From NCBI GenBank assembly GCA_016870575.1, contig VGBH01000001.1:27083-91082 (forward strand): DNA of 64,000 nt. Reading direction: 5' to 3'. Below are positions 19,703 through 30,404 of this stretch, piece after piece. A model generated the notes under the pieces. The model was given only the letters and a program-made list of their open reading frames with translations, was not told the DNA's origin and did no database searches. Within the stretch, counting starts at the first letter, position 1, and each line of letters opens with the position of its first letter. This DNA is from Actinomycetota bacterium (GTDB lineage Bacteria > Actinomycetota > Actinomycetes > S36-B12 > UBA5976). Position numbers and translations under genes: made by a program.

Positions 19703-20467
19703 ATGCCTTTAAAAAATTTACTCTATCGGGTGTATGAGCGTCAGTTATTAAATGAATTGAAGGGTAAGCAATTGCCCAAACATGTTGGCGTTATCTTGGA
19801 TGGCAACCGTCGTTGGGCAACTGGAAAAGGATCAACTTCTAGATCAGGACATGCTGCTGGTGCTAAGAAGATTGTTGAATTTCTCCTATGGTGTGATGAG
19901 TTAGATATTCCAGTTCGCACACTTTGGTTGTTATCTACCGAAAATCTCCAACGAGATGAATCAGAACTGAAAAATTTGCTTGAAGTCATTGAAAGTTCGG
20001 TAAATGAGCTGGCAGCAACTCAACGCTGGCGAATAAATTTAGTTGGCGCTAAAGGTGCAATTCCACAACCGCTAGCAAGCTCGATAGCCCAAGCAGTATC
20101 TGATACCCAAAATCTAATTGACAAACCTTTAATTAATGTTGCAATTGCTTATGGCGGTAGACGCGAAGTGGTTGATGCCGTTAAGTCTTGGATTAGATTG
20201 CAGAGCGATAAAGGTTTATCTGCTAACCAGTTAATTGACGAGTTGAATGATGCCGAGATTTCAGCACACCTGTATACCAAAGGTCAGCCAGATCCAGATC
20301 TTGTAATTCGCACTTCAGGTGAGCAACGCTTATCTGGATTTTTGCTCTGGCAATCAGCACACAGTGAGTTTTATTTCTGTGAAGCCTACTGGCCAGCCTT
20401 TAGGCGAATAGATTTCCTGCGAGCACTCCGAGCATTTACCCAGCGCCAACGTCGATATGGATTATGA
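19703..20467 (+). CDS. uppS: isoprenyl/undecaprenyl diphosphate synthase family (cis-prenyltransferase)
   Basis: 254 aa with the GVILDGNRRWA motif and a C-terminal RxG. Confidence 0.9.
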   Translation: MPLKNLLYRVYERQLLNELKGKQLPKHVGVILDGNRRWATGKGSTSRSGHAAGAKKIVEFLLWCDELDIPVRTLWLLSTENLQRDESELKNLLEVIESSVNELAATQRWRINLVGAKGAIPQPLASSIAQAVSDTQNLIDKPLINVAIAYGGRREVVDAVKSWIRLQSDKGLSANQLIDELNDAEISAHLYTKGQPDPDLVIRTSGEQRLSGFLLWQSAHSEFYFCEAYWPAFRRIDFLRALRAFTQRQRRYGL

Positions 20468-20481
20468 ACACTTGATATCAC

Positions 20482-21951
20482 TTGGGCGTGTCTCAACTAG
20501 CAGTTGAGGTTTGTGTGGAAATCTCCCGCCAACAACATAATTCGGGAGGTCGGGTGCCCGCTGCTCGCAAGGCATCTAGCGCAAAAGCTGCTCGCGCTCC
20601 ACGAACTAAATCCGCTAATTTAAAAGTTGCAAATCACAAACCAGCAAAAGTTGCTGAGCTTAAACGCACCTATATTTTAGATACCAGTGTTTTGCTATCT
20701 GATCCGCGAGCACTTCTACGATTTGCGGAGCATGATGTGGTTTTGCCAGTGGTAGTAATTACTGAGTTAGAAGCTAAGCGCTCACATCCTGAGCTTGGCT
20801 ATTTTGCCCGTCAGGCACTCCGCCTATTGGATGATTTAAGAGTTGAATTTGGTCGATTAGATCAAGCAATTCCAATTGGCAATCTTGGTGGCACTTTACG
20901 AGTGGAGTTGAATCACACAAGTGGTGCAGCACTCCCATCTGGATTACGCCTTGGAGATAATGACACGCGAATACTTTCAGTTGCTGCATCACTGGCAAGT
21001 GAAGGCGCAGAGGTAGTAATTGTTAGTAAAGACTTACCGATGCGAGTTAAGGCATCATCCGTTGGGTTGACAGCAGAAGAATATAAAGCCGAATTTGTTG
21101 TTACTACCGGATGGAATGGCGTTGCTGAAATAACTGTTGGATCAAAAGTACTTGATGAGTTGTACAAAAATGGGACTACCACAATTGCGACTACTCAAGA
21201 TTTACCTGTTCATACTGGACTGGTTTTGCAAAGTGAGAAAAACTCAGCACTCGGTCGGGTTTTACCTGATCGCTCTGTTCAGTTGATTCGCGGTGATATT
21301 GAAGCATTTGGTATTCGCGGCCGAAGTGCTGAGCAAAGAATTGCGCTTGATTTATTGCTAGATGAAGAAGTTGGCATAGTTTCTCTTGGCGGAAGAGCTG
21401 GCACTGGCAAAAGTGCGCTGGCTTTGTGCGCTGGATTAGAGCAAACCCTTGAACGTCGTAAACATCGTTCTATCATGGTTTTTCGACCACTATATGCAGT
21501 TGGCGGACAAGAGTTGGGTTATTTACCTGGCAGTGAAGGCGAGAAGATGTCGCCTTGGGCGCAGGCCGTTTTTGATACCTTAGGTTCGGTCACATCACGT
21601 GAAGTAATCGAAGAAGTGGTCTCGCGCGGAATGCTCGAAGTGCTACCTCTTACCCATATTCGAGGTCGCTCACTGCATGACGCTTTTGTTATTGTTGATG
21701 AGGCCCAGTCACTTGAACGTAATGTCTTGTTAACGGTTCTATCCAGAATTGGTAGAGGATCGAAAGTTGTGCTTACTCACGATGTTGCGCAACGAGATAA
21801 TTTACGTGTCGGTCGATATGACGGAATTGCTGCAGTCATCGAAAAGTTAAAGGGGCACCCACTTTTCGCCCATATCACCCTCACTCGATCCGAGCGTTCC
21901 CCAATTGCAGCTATGGTCACTGAGATGCTGGAGGAGATTCCAGGTTTGTGA
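20482..21951 (+). CDS. PhoH-like ATPase with N-terminal PIN domain (PhoH2)
   Basis: 489 aa with a PIN region ([12 protein letters not shown]...), Walker A GRAGTGKS and Walker B VIVDEAQ. The start codon is uncertain. Confidence 0.85.
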   Translation: MGVSQLAVEVCVEISRQQHNSGGRVPAARKASSAKAARAPRTKSANLKVANHKPAKVAELKRTYILDTSVLLSDPRALLRFAEHDVVLPVVVITELEAKRSHPELGYFARQALRLLDDLRVEFGRLDQAIPIGNLGGTLRVELNHTSGAALPSGLRLGDNDTRILSVAASLASEGAEVVIVSKDLPMRVKASSVGLTAEEYKAEFVVTTGWNGVAEITVGSKVLDELYKNGTTTIATTQDLPVHTGLVLQSEKNSALGRVLPDRSVQLIRGDIEAFGIRGRSAEQRIALDLLLDEEVGIVSLGGRAGTGKSALALCAGLEQTLERRKHRSIMVFRPLYAVGGQELGYLPGSEGEKMSPWAQAVFDTLGSVTSREVIEEVVSRGMLEVLPLTHIRGRSLHDAFVIVDEAQSLERNVLLTVLSRIGRGSKVVLTHDVAQRDNLRVGRYDGIAAVIEKLKGHPLFAHITLTRSERSPIAAMVTEMLEEIPGL

Positions 21952-22069
21952 CCTAGCTCACAGAAATTTGGGTCAAATGTCCGATTTAGCGAAAAATATC
22001 TATAAATTTCCCACTTTGTAGGGGTGGATAACAGGCCCTAGTTCGCCAAATCTGTGGCACGCTGTTGCT

Positions 22070-22630
22070 ATGACAAGTGCCATCAAGCCTTGGGCACTTC
22101 CCCTTACCGCCCTGCTGCTGCTTTTCTCCATCCTGCCAGCAAACGCAACTCCTGAACAACAAACCTGCGTGGATGGTTCTATTGGCTGTGACACTTCAGG
22201 TATCTCAGATCCCGCTCGAGATTCAGCTCAAGCAGCCGCAGCAACCGAACAGCAGGCAGTTCCTGCTGCAAAATCAAGATTTCTGGCAACTGCGCGCGAG
22301 CGCTCGCCGCATCATTTTGCTTCAAAGTCATACAACCGCTGGTATGCGCATCTATATATCAAGCGAATATATGGCTGGAACAACTATCACTGGAAATGCT
22401 TAGACAAATTGTGGCAGATGGAAAGTGGCTGGAATGAGCTAGCTAAGAACAGACGAAGTGGTGCCTATGGGATTCCGCAAGCACTACCTGGACACAAAAT
22501 GGGAACTGCTGGGAAAGGCTGGAAAAAGAACCCAGAAGTGCAGATTAAGTGGGGAGCGTCATATATAAAGAGTCGCTACAAGTCCCCCTGTAAAGCACTT
22601 GATTTTATGAACCGTCGGGGTTGGTACTAA
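22070..22630 (+). CDS. secreted lytic-transglycosylase-like cell-wall protein
   Basis: 186 aa with a signal peptide. The C-terminal domain has ...[31 protein letters not shown]...[16 protein letters not shown]...GWY. Confidence 0.6.
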   Translation: MTSAIKPWALPLTALLLLFSILPANATPEQQTCVDGSIGCDTSGISDPARDSAQAAAATEQQAVPAAKSRFLATARERSPHHFASKSYNRWYAHLYIKRIYGWNNYHWKCLDKLWQMESGWNELAKNRRSGAYGIPQALPGHKMGTAGKGWKKNPEVQIKWGASYIKSRYKSPCKALDFMNRRGWY

Positions 22631-24294
22631 CTCTTTACTGGAATCGTAAGGGCGATAGGTCGCAATGTATCAGCGTAAAAATCATTACCTTTATCATCAA
22701 TCACAATAAATGCAGGAAAGTTTTTCACTTCAATTTTCCAGATAGCTTCCATTCCAAGTTCAGGAAAATCCAAAACCGCGACATCAGTAATGTTGTCATG
22801 CGCTAATCGAGCTGCTGGACCACCAATTGAGCCAAGATAAAAACCGCCATACTTTTTACATGCGTTAGCAACTTCAACGCTTCGATTGCCTTTAGCTAAC
22901 ATCACAAAAGATCCCCCAGCCGCTTGGAATCGTTCAACATAACTATCCATTCGACCTGCGGTTGTTGGACCAAATGACCCACTTGGCATTCCTGTAGGAG
23001 TTTTTGCAGGTCCAGCATAATAAACTGCATAATCTTTAAAATACTCCGGTAATTTTTCACCTCGATCTAGCATCTCAGCAATCTTTGCATGCGCTAAATC
23101 GCGAGCAACAATCATTGTGCCAATAAGGCTCAACCGAGTTTTAACTGGATGCTGACTTAACTGATAACGAATTTCTTGCATTGGTCGAGATAAATCAATT
23201 TGTACTACATTGCTGTCATCGCTTTGCGTAACTTCGGGCAAATATTTGGCCGGATCAGTTTCTAGCTGCTCAAGATAAACACCATCTTTAGTTATTTTTC
23301 CAAGAATTTGGCGATCCGCCGAACAAGAAACAGCTATTGCAACGGGACATGAAGCACCATGTCTTGGCAATCGCACTACTCGAACATCATGACAGAAATA
23401 TTTCCCACCAAACTGTGCACCAATTCCAAAACCTTGAGTTAATTTGAGAATCTCTTGCTCGAGTTCTAGATCCCGAAAAGCATGACCTAACTCACTTCCT
23501 GATGTTGGTAGTGAATCTAGATACCTAGCAGATGCAAGTTTTGCTGTTTTTAGTGTGTGCTCAGCAGATGTTCCGCCGACAACAATTGCTAAGTGATATG
23601 GCGGGCAGGCAGAGGTTCCAATTGTTCGCAATTTTTCATCAAGCCAACTCATTAACCGCGTTGGATTTAGTAGTGCTTTTGTTTCTTGAAACAACAAAGA
23701 TTTGTTAGCCGATCCACCACCTTTAGCGATAAACAAGAACTGATATTCGGTTGCTTCATCAGGATTTGTATTAGCGCCAATCTCAATTTGAGCAGGCATA
23801 TTTGTACCAGTGTTCTTTTCATTAAACACAGTTATTGGTGCTAATTGAGAGTAGCGCAAATTTAGTTTTTGATATGCATCAAACATTCCTTTGCTGATAG
23901 CAACTTCATCATTACCCTCAGTCAAAACAAACATTCCACGTTCTGCTTTAACAATTGCAGTTCCAGTATCTTGGCACATTGGCAAAATTCCACCAGCAGA
24001 TATGTTTGCATTTTTCAGCAAATCCAGTGCAACAAAGCGATCATTTGGACTTGCTTCAGGATCATCAATGATTTTACGTAACTGGGCTAGATGTGATGAA
24101 CGCAGTAGATGCTGGGAATCTTTGATGGCTTCAAAACTCAATTGCTCAATTGCCTCAGTGCTCACTTGTAAAAACTCTTTGCCATTTACATTTACTGTAC
24201 TAACACCTGATGTTGAAATTAATCGATATTCAGTGTGATCATCTCCAAGCGGAAGTAATGGGGTGTACTGAAATTCAGTCATTAGATTCTTCAT
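22627..24294 (-). CDS. fumA: class I (Fe-S) fumarate hydratase, fused alpha/beta type
   Basis: 555 aa, colinear with FumA-type hydratases (...[10 protein letters not shown]..., ...GGTSAE..., C-terminal beta domain). Confidence 0.92.
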   Translation of the reverse strand: MKNLMTEFQYTPLLPLGDDHTEYRLISTSGVSTVNVNGKEFLQVSTEAIEQLSFEAIKDSQHLLRSSHLAQLRKIIDDPEASPNDRFVALDLLKNANISAGGILPMCQDTGTAIVKAERGMFVLTEGNDEVAISKGMFDAYQKLNLRYSQLAPITVFNEKNTGTNMPAQIEIGANTNPDEATEYQFLFIAKGGGSANKSLLFQETKALLNPTRLMSWLDEKLRTIGTSACPPYHLAIVVGGTSAEHTLKTAKLASARYLDSLPTSGSELGHAFRDLELEQEILKLTQGFGIGAQFGGKYFCHDVRVVRLPRHGASCPVAIAVSCSADRQILGKITKDGVYLEQLETDPAKYLPEVTQSDDSNVVQIDLSRPMQEIRYQLSQHPVKTRLSLIGTMIVARDLAHAKIAEMLDRGEKLPEYFKDYAVYYAGPAKTPTGMPSGSFGPTTAGRMDSYVERFQAAGGSFVMLAKGNRSVEVANACKKYGGFYLGSIGGPAARLAHDNITDVAVLDFPELGMEAIWKIEVKNFPAFIVIDDKGNDFYADTLRPIALTIPVKS

Positions 24295-24505
24295 CCTCCA
24301 AGGCAGAGAGTTTGGCTTGAGCCTTAGTTAGGAAATCGTCACAAAGCCGCGCTAGAAGTTCGCCGCGCTCCCAGAGCGCAATGGATTGCTCCAGCTCTAA
24401 TTCACCAGATTCCATAAGTTCAACAACTTCAGTGAGAGCGGTTCGAGCTTGCTCATAACTTAGTTTTTCTGGGCTGTTTCCACCCGGCAGTTGGATCTTG
24501 CTCAC
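24275..24505 (-). CDS. xseB: exodeoxyribonuclease VII small subunit
   Basis: It has an XseB helical pattern ([34 protein letters not shown]). The start was set at the second GTG (24505) because TAAAGT lies exactly 6 nt upstream. The longest ORF starts at 24511. Confidence 0.85.
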   Translation of the reverse strand: MSKIQLPGGNSPEKLSYEQARTALTEVVELMESGELELEQSIALWERGELLARLCDDFLTKAQAKLSALEDEESND

Positions 24506-24511
24506 GCGCAC

Positions 24512-24536
24512 ACTTTACGCGCCTTAGGCTTAGTGG
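24512..24536. promoter_or_regulatory. back-to-back leaderless-type promoters for xseB (minus) and xseA (plus)
   Basis: The minus strand has TAAAGT (24512-24517) 6 nt before the GTG at 24505. The plus strand has TAGGCT (24525-24530) 6 nt before the GTG at 24537. Neither start has a Shine-Dalgarno sequence. Confidence 0.35.
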
Positions 24537-25745
24537 GTGAGTTTTGGCGCAGAACCGCAACAAGCAGTCCAGGTGCACGAGGTTTTATCGCGGCTTAAAG
24601 ATGTGATTAAGAACCTACCTGCCGTATGGGTCGAAGGACAGCTTTCGGAAGTAAACGAGCGTTCAAATGTCACATTTGCCAAATTTAGAGATCTAAATGC
24701 TGAAGCCTCAATTTCCATAATGTCACCACGAAGTGCGTTAGGTGAAGACATTAAGTATTTGGTCGAAGGCAGTCACGTTTTGTTAAAAGTTCTACCTGAG
24801 ATTTGGCCTCGACGAGGCGAGCTTCAGTGGCGAGTGCAAGCTATTCGACCAGTTGGATTAGGAGAACTATTAGCTCGTCTAGAAGCACTTAAGCAACTAC
24901 TTGCTGCCGAGGGATTGTTTGATGCAAAGCGAAAGAAATCTTTGCCATTCTTGCCAAGAAAAGTTGGTTTGATTTGCGGTCGTGATAGTGATGCTAAACA
25001 TGACGTAATAGTTAATGCGCAATCACGCTGGCCATTGATCGAGTTTGCTGTGAAAGAAGTTGCGGTGCAAGGCGCAAATGCTGTGAAAGAAGTTGCAGCT
25101 GCAATTAAAGAACTTGCAGCAGATGATGAAGTTGACGTAATCGTGATCGCACGAGGTGGGGGATCACTTGAAGATTTACTCCCTTTTTCTGATGAAGGTC
25201 TGATTCGATTAGTTGCGAGCATTAACAAACCAATTGTTAGTGCAATTGGCCATGAGCAGGACAACCCACTCTTAGATTATGTCGCAGACGTGCGTGCATC
25301 TACTCCAACTGATGCTGCGAGAAAAATTGTACCGAGCTTGATTGAAGAGATAGATTTGATTAAAAATTTACAACGTCGATTAAGTCGAGAGATCTTCTCA
25401 ATTATCAGAGATGAGCAAGCTAGTTTGTTTGAACTACAGCATAATCTGCTACCGTTGCATCCAAAGACTCAGTTATTACAAGCAAAACAATGGTTAAATG
25501 ATCAACGCTATTTAGTAAGAAGCTTTATCAAACAAGAACTTTCAGATGCGCGAACTTTCATTTCAACTTCTACTGCCACAATAAAAGCACTATCACCACA
25601 AGGAACCTTGGATCGGGGATACGCAATTGTTCGCACGAAATCTGACCAGCTCGTAACTAAACCACCAAAATCTGGTACGGGACTAAGTATTCGAGTTGCT
25701 GGTGGCGAATTCCCAGCAGTTTCTGGCAAACAGGCAGACTCCTAA
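24537..25745 (+). CDS. xseA: exodeoxyribonuclease VII large subunit
   Basis: 402 aa with an OB-fold N-terminus (VWVEGQLSE) and a catalytic core (VIARGGGSLEDL...AIGHEQD). Confidence 0.9.
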   Translation: MSFGAEPQQAVQVHEVLSRLKDVIKNLPAVWVEGQLSEVNERSNVTFAKFRDLNAEASISIMSPRSALGEDIKYLVEGSHVLLKVLPEIWPRRGELQWRVQAIRPVGLGELLARLEALKQLLAAEGLFDAKRKKSLPFLPRKVGLICGRDSDAKHDVIVNAQSRWPLIEFAVKEVAVQGANAVKEVAAAIKELAADDEVDVIVIARGGGSLEDLLPFSDEGLIRLVASINKPIVSAIGHEQDNPLLDYVADVRASTPTDAARKIVPSLIEEIDLIKNLQRRLSREIFSIIRDEQASLFELQHNLLPLHPKTQLLQAKQWLNDQRYLVRSFIKQELSDARTFISTSTATIKALSPQGTLDRGYAIVRTKSDQLVTKPPKSGTGLSIRVAGGEFPAVSGKQADS

Positions 25746-25766
25746 TACCCCCTCTATTCTTAGGGC

Positions 25767-26720
25767 ATGGCAAAGAAAGTCCTGATTGCAGCTCCTCGTG
25801 GCTATTGTGCTGGTGTTGATCGAGCAGTAATTACAGTTGAGCAAACTTTAGATTTGTATGGTGCGCCTGTATATGTGCGTAAACAGATTGTGCATAACAA
25901 ACATGTAGTAGAGGACTTAGAAGCTAGAGGCGCGATTTTTGTTGAAGAACTAGATGAAGTGCCGCCAGGCAGTACAGTTGTTTTTTCAGCCCACGGAGTA
26001 TCTCCAGCAGTGCACGCGCAAGCGGCCGATCTAAACTTAAAAACAATTGATGCAACCTGTCCACTTGTTACTAAAGTTCATCAAGAAGCAAAACGCTTTG
26101 CTGCTGAGGATTATCAGATTTTGTTAATCGGACATGAGGGCCATGAAGAGGTTGAAGGAACTGCGGGTGAAGCACCAGAGCATATTCAGCTCGTTGATGG
26201 ATTAGATGCTGCTGACAATGTGAAAATTGATCCAAATCGACCAGTAGCTTGGTTATCACAAACTACATTATCTGTTGATGAGACTTTAGAAACAGTTGAT
26301 CGCTTACGAGCCAGATTGCCGTTATTGATAGATCCGCCAAGTGATGACATTTGTTATGCAACTCAGAATCGACAAGGTGCCGTTAAGGCAATTGCTCCCC
26401 AGGTTGAGTTGTTAATAGTTGTTGGCTCGGGCAATTCAAGTAATAGTGTGCGCTTGGTTGAAGTTGGACTTGAAGCTGGCGCTGATGCTGCATATCGAGT
26501 TGATAACTTCACTGAGTGCAAAGATGAATGGCTGACTGGTGTTGAGACTGTTGGACTGACCTCTGGTGCTTCAGTTCCTGAATCACTAGTTGACGGAGTT
26601 CTAACTTGGTTAGCCCAACGCGGATTTGCTGATGTTGAGGAAGTTAAAACTGCTGAAGAGCGACTTGTGTTTGCAACCCCTCCTGAATTGCGAAAAGCAC
26701 AAAAGGCTGCAGCAAAGTAA
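25767..26720 (+). CDS. ispH: 4-hydroxy-3-methylbut-2-enyl diphosphate reductase
   Basis: 317 aa with [22 protein letters not shown] and HEGHEEV motifs. TATTCT lies 6 nt before the ATG. Confidence 0.95.
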   Translation: MAKKVLIAAPRGYCAGVDRAVITVEQTLDLYGAPVYVRKQIVHNKHVVEDLEARGAIFVEELDEVPPGSTVVFSAHGVSPAVHAQAADLNLKTIDATCPLVTKVHQEAKRFAAEDYQILLIGHEGHEEVEGTAGEAPEHIQLVDGLDAADNVKIDPNRPVAWLSQTTLSVDETLETVDRLRARLPLLIDPPSDDICYATQNRQGAVKAIAPQVELLIVVGSGNSSNSVRLVEVGLEAGADAAYRVDNFTECKDEWLTGVETVGLTSGASVPESLVDGVLTWLAQRGFADVEEVKTAEERLVFATPPELRKAQKAAAK

Positions 26721-27218
26721 TCATTTTCGATTTGCAATTTTGTAAAGCAAGAAACTCAAAACAAATGCAGATAAAACAAACGGAGCTAAATTAGATAACC
26801 TGGTAATCACTGTTGCGCCCAATTGATTGATTGGATTTGCAGATTGAATGATGCCAATTAAATCAGGCAAAGTAACAGCAATTAAAAATGCTGCAGGTGG
26901 CGTGGCAACCAAATAGGCTAAATCCGATTTGTTTAAAACAATTCGACCAAATATCACTAATCCAATACCGATACTTCCGGTAATCAAGCCAATTTCACCA
27001 CGCAGCCAATCTTCAATTGCAGCGGAGAGACAAAGGGCGAAAAAAGTTACCCAGATAAATCTCGTAGTTTTTGGCCGATCAACTATTTCTGGCAACTCAG
27101 GCAATATGCGTTTTCTTGTTGCAACAGCAGGTCTAGCGTTATCAGCCATCTCACCAACTGCGCCGATTGCACGGTACAGCTGCCCTGGTTGTTGCGCCAT
27201 ATTGCTCATCGTAATCAA
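26721..27218 (-). CDS. integral membrane protein of unknown function
   Basis: 165 aa with about 4 predicted transmembrane helices. The position between ispH and ychF is conserved. Confidence 0.5.
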   Translation of the reverse strand: MITMSNMAQQPGQLYRAIGAVGEMADNARPAVATRKRILPELPEIVDRPKTTRFIWVTFFALCLSAAIEDWLRGEIGLITGSIGIGLVIFGRIVLNKSDLAYLVATPPAAFLIAVTLPDLIGIIQSANPINQLGATVITRLSNLAPFVLSAFVLSFLLYKIANRK

Positions 27219-27271
27219 ATATCGTTGCAGGGACTCATCTTTTACACCAGGGTGTCTCTAGGATTGCGACT

Positions 27272-28345
27272 ATGGCGCTCACGATTGGAATAGTTGGTCT
27301 ACCCAATGTGGGTAAATCAACGCTTTTTAATGCACTCACGCGCAGCAATGTTTTAGCTGCCAACTATCCATTTGCAACGATTGAACCAAATGTTGGGGTA
27401 GTTGGTGTACCGGATTCTAGACTCGATGTGCTCGCAAAAATGTTTGGATCTGAGCGAACTCTGCCAGCCACAGTTTCATTTGTGGACATCGCGGGAATTG
27501 TTAAGGGAGCAAGTGAAGGTGCAGGCTTAGGTAACAAATTCTTGGCCAACATTAGCGAGGCAGATGCTATTTGTCAGGTTATTCGTGGATTTGCAGATCC
27601 AGATGTAATACATGTTGATGGAAAGATTTCGCCTAAAGATGATATTGAAACCATAAATACTGAGTTAATTTTGGCAGATTTACAGACATTAGAAAAAGCA
27701 ATTCCACGTTTACAAAAAGAAGCTAGAAATGATAAAACTAAACAAGCCGCTTTAATAGCGGCAGAATCTGCGCAAGAAATTTTGAATGGTGGTAAGACTA
27801 TTTTTGCCTCTGGGATTGATCGAGAACCTTTACGTGAACTGTTCTTATTGACTGCAAAACCATTTTTATATGTATTTAACGTTGATGATGCAGGATTAGT
27901 TGATGAAAACGCAAAGTCACAAATGCAAGCTATCGTCGCCCCAGCAGAAGCAATTTTCCTTGATGCCAGATTGGAAACGGAATTACTTGAGTTGCCTGAT
28001 GATGAGGCAATGGAACTGCTCAGAAGTGTTGGTCAGCAAGAGTCTGGCTTAAGCACACTGGCTCGTGTTGGTTTTGCCACGCTTGGACTGCAAACTTATT
28101 TGACAGCAGGTCCAAAAGAAGCGCGTGCTTGGACTATTCCAAAAGGTGCAACCACCCCTGAGGCAGCCGGCGTTATCCATACCGATTTTCAGCGCGGATT
28201 TATTAAGGCGGAAATCGTTAGTTTTGATGATCTTGTTAAATCTGGATCAATGGCAGAAGCGAAAGCTAAAGGTCTCGTTCGCACTGAAGGCAAGGAATAC
28301 ATAATGGCCGATGGCGATGTAGTTGAATTTCGTTTTAATGTTTAG
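27272..28345 (+). CDS. ychF: redox-regulated ribosome-binding ATPase YchF
   Basis: 357 aa with the GLPNVGKST P-loop and a TGS-like C-terminus. Confidence 0.95.
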   Translation: MALTIGIVGLPNVGKSTLFNALTRSNVLAANYPFATIEPNVGVVGVPDSRLDVLAKMFGSERTLPATVSFVDIAGIVKGASEGAGLGNKFLANISEADAICQVIRGFADPDVIHVDGKISPKDDIETINTELILADLQTLEKAIPRLQKEARNDKTKQAALIAAESAQEILNGGKTIFASGIDREPLRELFLLTAKPFLYVFNVDDAGLVDENAKSQMQAIVAPAEAIFLDARLETELLELPDDEAMELLRSVGQQESGLSTLARVGFATLGLQTYLTAGPKEARAWTIPKGATTPEAAGVIHTDFQRGFIKAEIVSFDDLVKSGSMAEAKAKGLVRTEGKEYIMADGDVVEFRFNV

Positions 28346-30387
28346 AGCTGTTTAAACATTGCTAACTCAGTTTTAAGTAGTGTTTCAGTAACTGAAACTT
28401 GCGGAGTCATATGCGTAACATTCGACAGTGGCAAGAACTGGTGCTGTAATCCCAAGTTAATTAAATGCGCTGACAGTTGCAGGCTGTGCGCAGCGAGCAC
28501 ATTATCATCGGCCAGCCCATGCACAATTAACAATTTACCTATTTTGGTTGGATACAACTTTAAAAGTGAATTTCGATCATATGTTTCTGAATCTATTTCA
28601 GGATGTCCCAAATACCTTTCCGTGTAACCAGAGTCATACAGTCGCCATTCTGTAACGGGAGCTCCAGCAACGGCAACTTTGAAAATGTCGGGATAAGTCA
28701 TAGTTGCAAGAGCACTCAGATATCCGCCAAATGACCATCCACGAATACCAACTCGTTCTAGATCTATGACACCAGGAAGTTCCCTTGAAGCTTGTTCGAG
28801 TGCGGCAATTTGGCAATCAAGTGAAGCAACAAAATTCTTTGTAATGGCATGTTCCCAATGAGTATTAACACCTGGAGAGCCAAGTCCGTCAGAAACAATT
28901 ACCGCAAATCCTTGATCTGCAAACCATTGATCAAGGGCATACTTTCGCTTAGTTGCTAAAACCAATTGAGCATGCGGGCCGCCGTATGGCGACATAATCA
29001 CTGGTAGCGAACTGGAAAACTCTTTTGGCAGTAAAACGACAGTGCGATTTGTTTGTGTCTCATTAAGACGTTTGATGTTAATTGAAATATTTGGGGTAAA
29101 GGATAAATCTGGAATAGTAAAATGATTATCCAACGTTTTCGCAATATATATTGGATCTTGATCAAAGTCAGTAGTCATTGCAATAAGTATTGATTCATTT
29201 GCTGCAAATGCGCTGCTATATTTGTTTGTAGGTGTAAGTTCAGTTATGCCAGATTGCTCGATTTTTATAATTTGATTATAAGCAGAGCTTGAGGTTGCTT
29301 CTATTATGGCTAACTCTGAACTGCTAAAAACAATTGAACGAACATACAAGTTAGTAGGCGTAACCGCTTCGCCATTTCTATACAGTCTTCGCTGGTTACC
29401 CATGAAATCATCTCGTATATCCCATCTGGTTGCACTATTGACTCGATGAAGTTTTGGTGAGCTCTCAACCCAAGTTTGCTGCTGCACAACTTCAACAATT
29501 TGTGCACCTAAAGCTAAATCAAATTTAAGGTGATGAAGTTGTTTTTGATCTCTATCTAAAACCACTGCAAAAATACTGTTGTCATCGCACCAGCCGGCCT
29601 GTGATAAATATGGAAAGTTCTCGGTATCCCAAGAGAGGGCTTGTGATCCAGTGCGAGCAGAAAAAACTCTCAAGCCAACTTTAAGATTTGCCGTTCCAGC
29701 AAATGGAAACTTGTGCGGTGCAATTGGTTTGGTCGGTTGCGCTAAATCTGCGATTGCGATGTTAGTGACCATACTGTCATCAAAATACTGGGCCAGAATT
29801 TGTTCTCCATTTGGCGAGAACCAAAAGCCAGTTGATCTACCAAACTCTTCAGCGCTCAGAAAATCAGCTAATCCCCACGTGTTTTGGTCTATTGGCGTAA
29901 TTTGATAACCCAGATGCAATGCTTCGGTAGGAATAACCCATACCGATCCATTTCTTACGCAAGCAATCGTGGCACCATCAGAACTAATTTGGGGATCAAA
30001 CACATCCGAATATGGCGCTGTTTCTATTTTTGTTTCTGGTTTTGTGCGAATCAAGATAATGGTGCCATTAAGTGCAAACACTATTTCAGTGCCTGACTTT
30101 GAAACCGAGTATGCAGTGATTCCTGTACCAGATTCGCGTAAGCGCTCTCGTCGAGCTTTTTCAGCCTTAGGTAAATCGGAATCAACAGTTACTTCTGCTG
30201 GATTGAAAATTATATTTATCTCGCCAGTTTGTAAATCAATTCGTTTAAGTTGCAAAATTGAATCAGTTGGACCCGTACTTTGCAAGTAATAAGCTCCAGA
30301 ATCGGTAATTGAAAATGAGCGCGGCGCTCCATTGCGAAATCGACCCGACGCTGCATATTGACTGATGAAGGATTCTTGGTTGCCCAC
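28342..30387 (-). CDS. S9-family serine peptidase (dipeptidyl aminopeptidase / prolyl oligopeptidase type)
   Basis: 681 aa with an N-terminal beta-propeller region and a C-terminal alpha/beta hydrolase carrying GWSFGGY, plus downstream Asp and His. Confidence 0.85.
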   Translation of the reverse strand: MGNQESFISQYAASGRFRNGAPRSFSITDSGAYYLQSTGPTDSILQLKRIDLQTGEINIIFNPAEVTVDSDLPKAEKARRERLRESGTGITAYSVSKSGTEIVFALNGTIILIRTKPETKIETAPYSDVFDPQISSDGATIACVRNGSVWVIPTEALHLGYQITPIDQNTWGLADFLSAEEFGRSTGFWFSPNGEQILAQYFDDSMVTNIAIADLAQPTKPIAPHKFPFAGTANLKVGLRVFSARTGSQALSWDTENFPYLSQAGWCDDNSIFAVVLDRDQKQLHHLKFDLALGAQIVEVVQQQTWVESSPKLHRVNSATRWDIRDDFMGNQRRLYRNGEAVTPTNLYVRSIVFSSSELAIIEATSSSAYNQIIKIEQSGITELTPTNKYSSAFAANESILIAMTTDFDQDPIYIAKTLDNHFTIPDLSFTPNISINIKRLNETQTNRTVVLLPKEFSSSLPVIMSPYGGPHAQLVLATKRKYALDQWFADQGFAVIVSDGLGSPGVNTHWEHAITKNFVASLDCQIAALEQASRELPGVIDLERVGIRGWSFGGYLSALATMTYPDIFKVAVAGAPVTEWRLYDSGYTERYLGHPEIDSETYDRNSLLKLYPTKIGKLLIVHGLADDNVLAAHSLQLSAHLINLGLQHQFLPLSNVTHMTPQVSVTETLLKTELAMFKQL

Positions 30388-30404
30388 CCGCGTAAGGTAG
30401 CGGC
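30388..30404. promoter_or_regulatory. 17-nt palindromic divergent intergenic region with overlapping -10-like hexamers
   Basis: The sequence is CCGCGTAAGGTAGCGGC. The plus strand has TAAGGT (30393-30398) 6 nt before the ATG at 30405. The minus strand has TACCTT (30399-30394) 6 nt before the GTG at 30387. Confidence 0.35.

Noticed and set aside
21952-22069. A possible c-di-AMP (ydaO-type) riboswitch upstream of the secreted transglycosylase-like gene. Such riboswitches often precede cell-wall hydrolase genes in actinobacteria.
   Set aside because: I see only a short local helix (TAGGG/CCCTA, CCAC/GTGG). The region is about 118 nt and lacks the conserved motifs as I remember them. A covariance-model scan (Rfam RF00379) would be needed to revive this.
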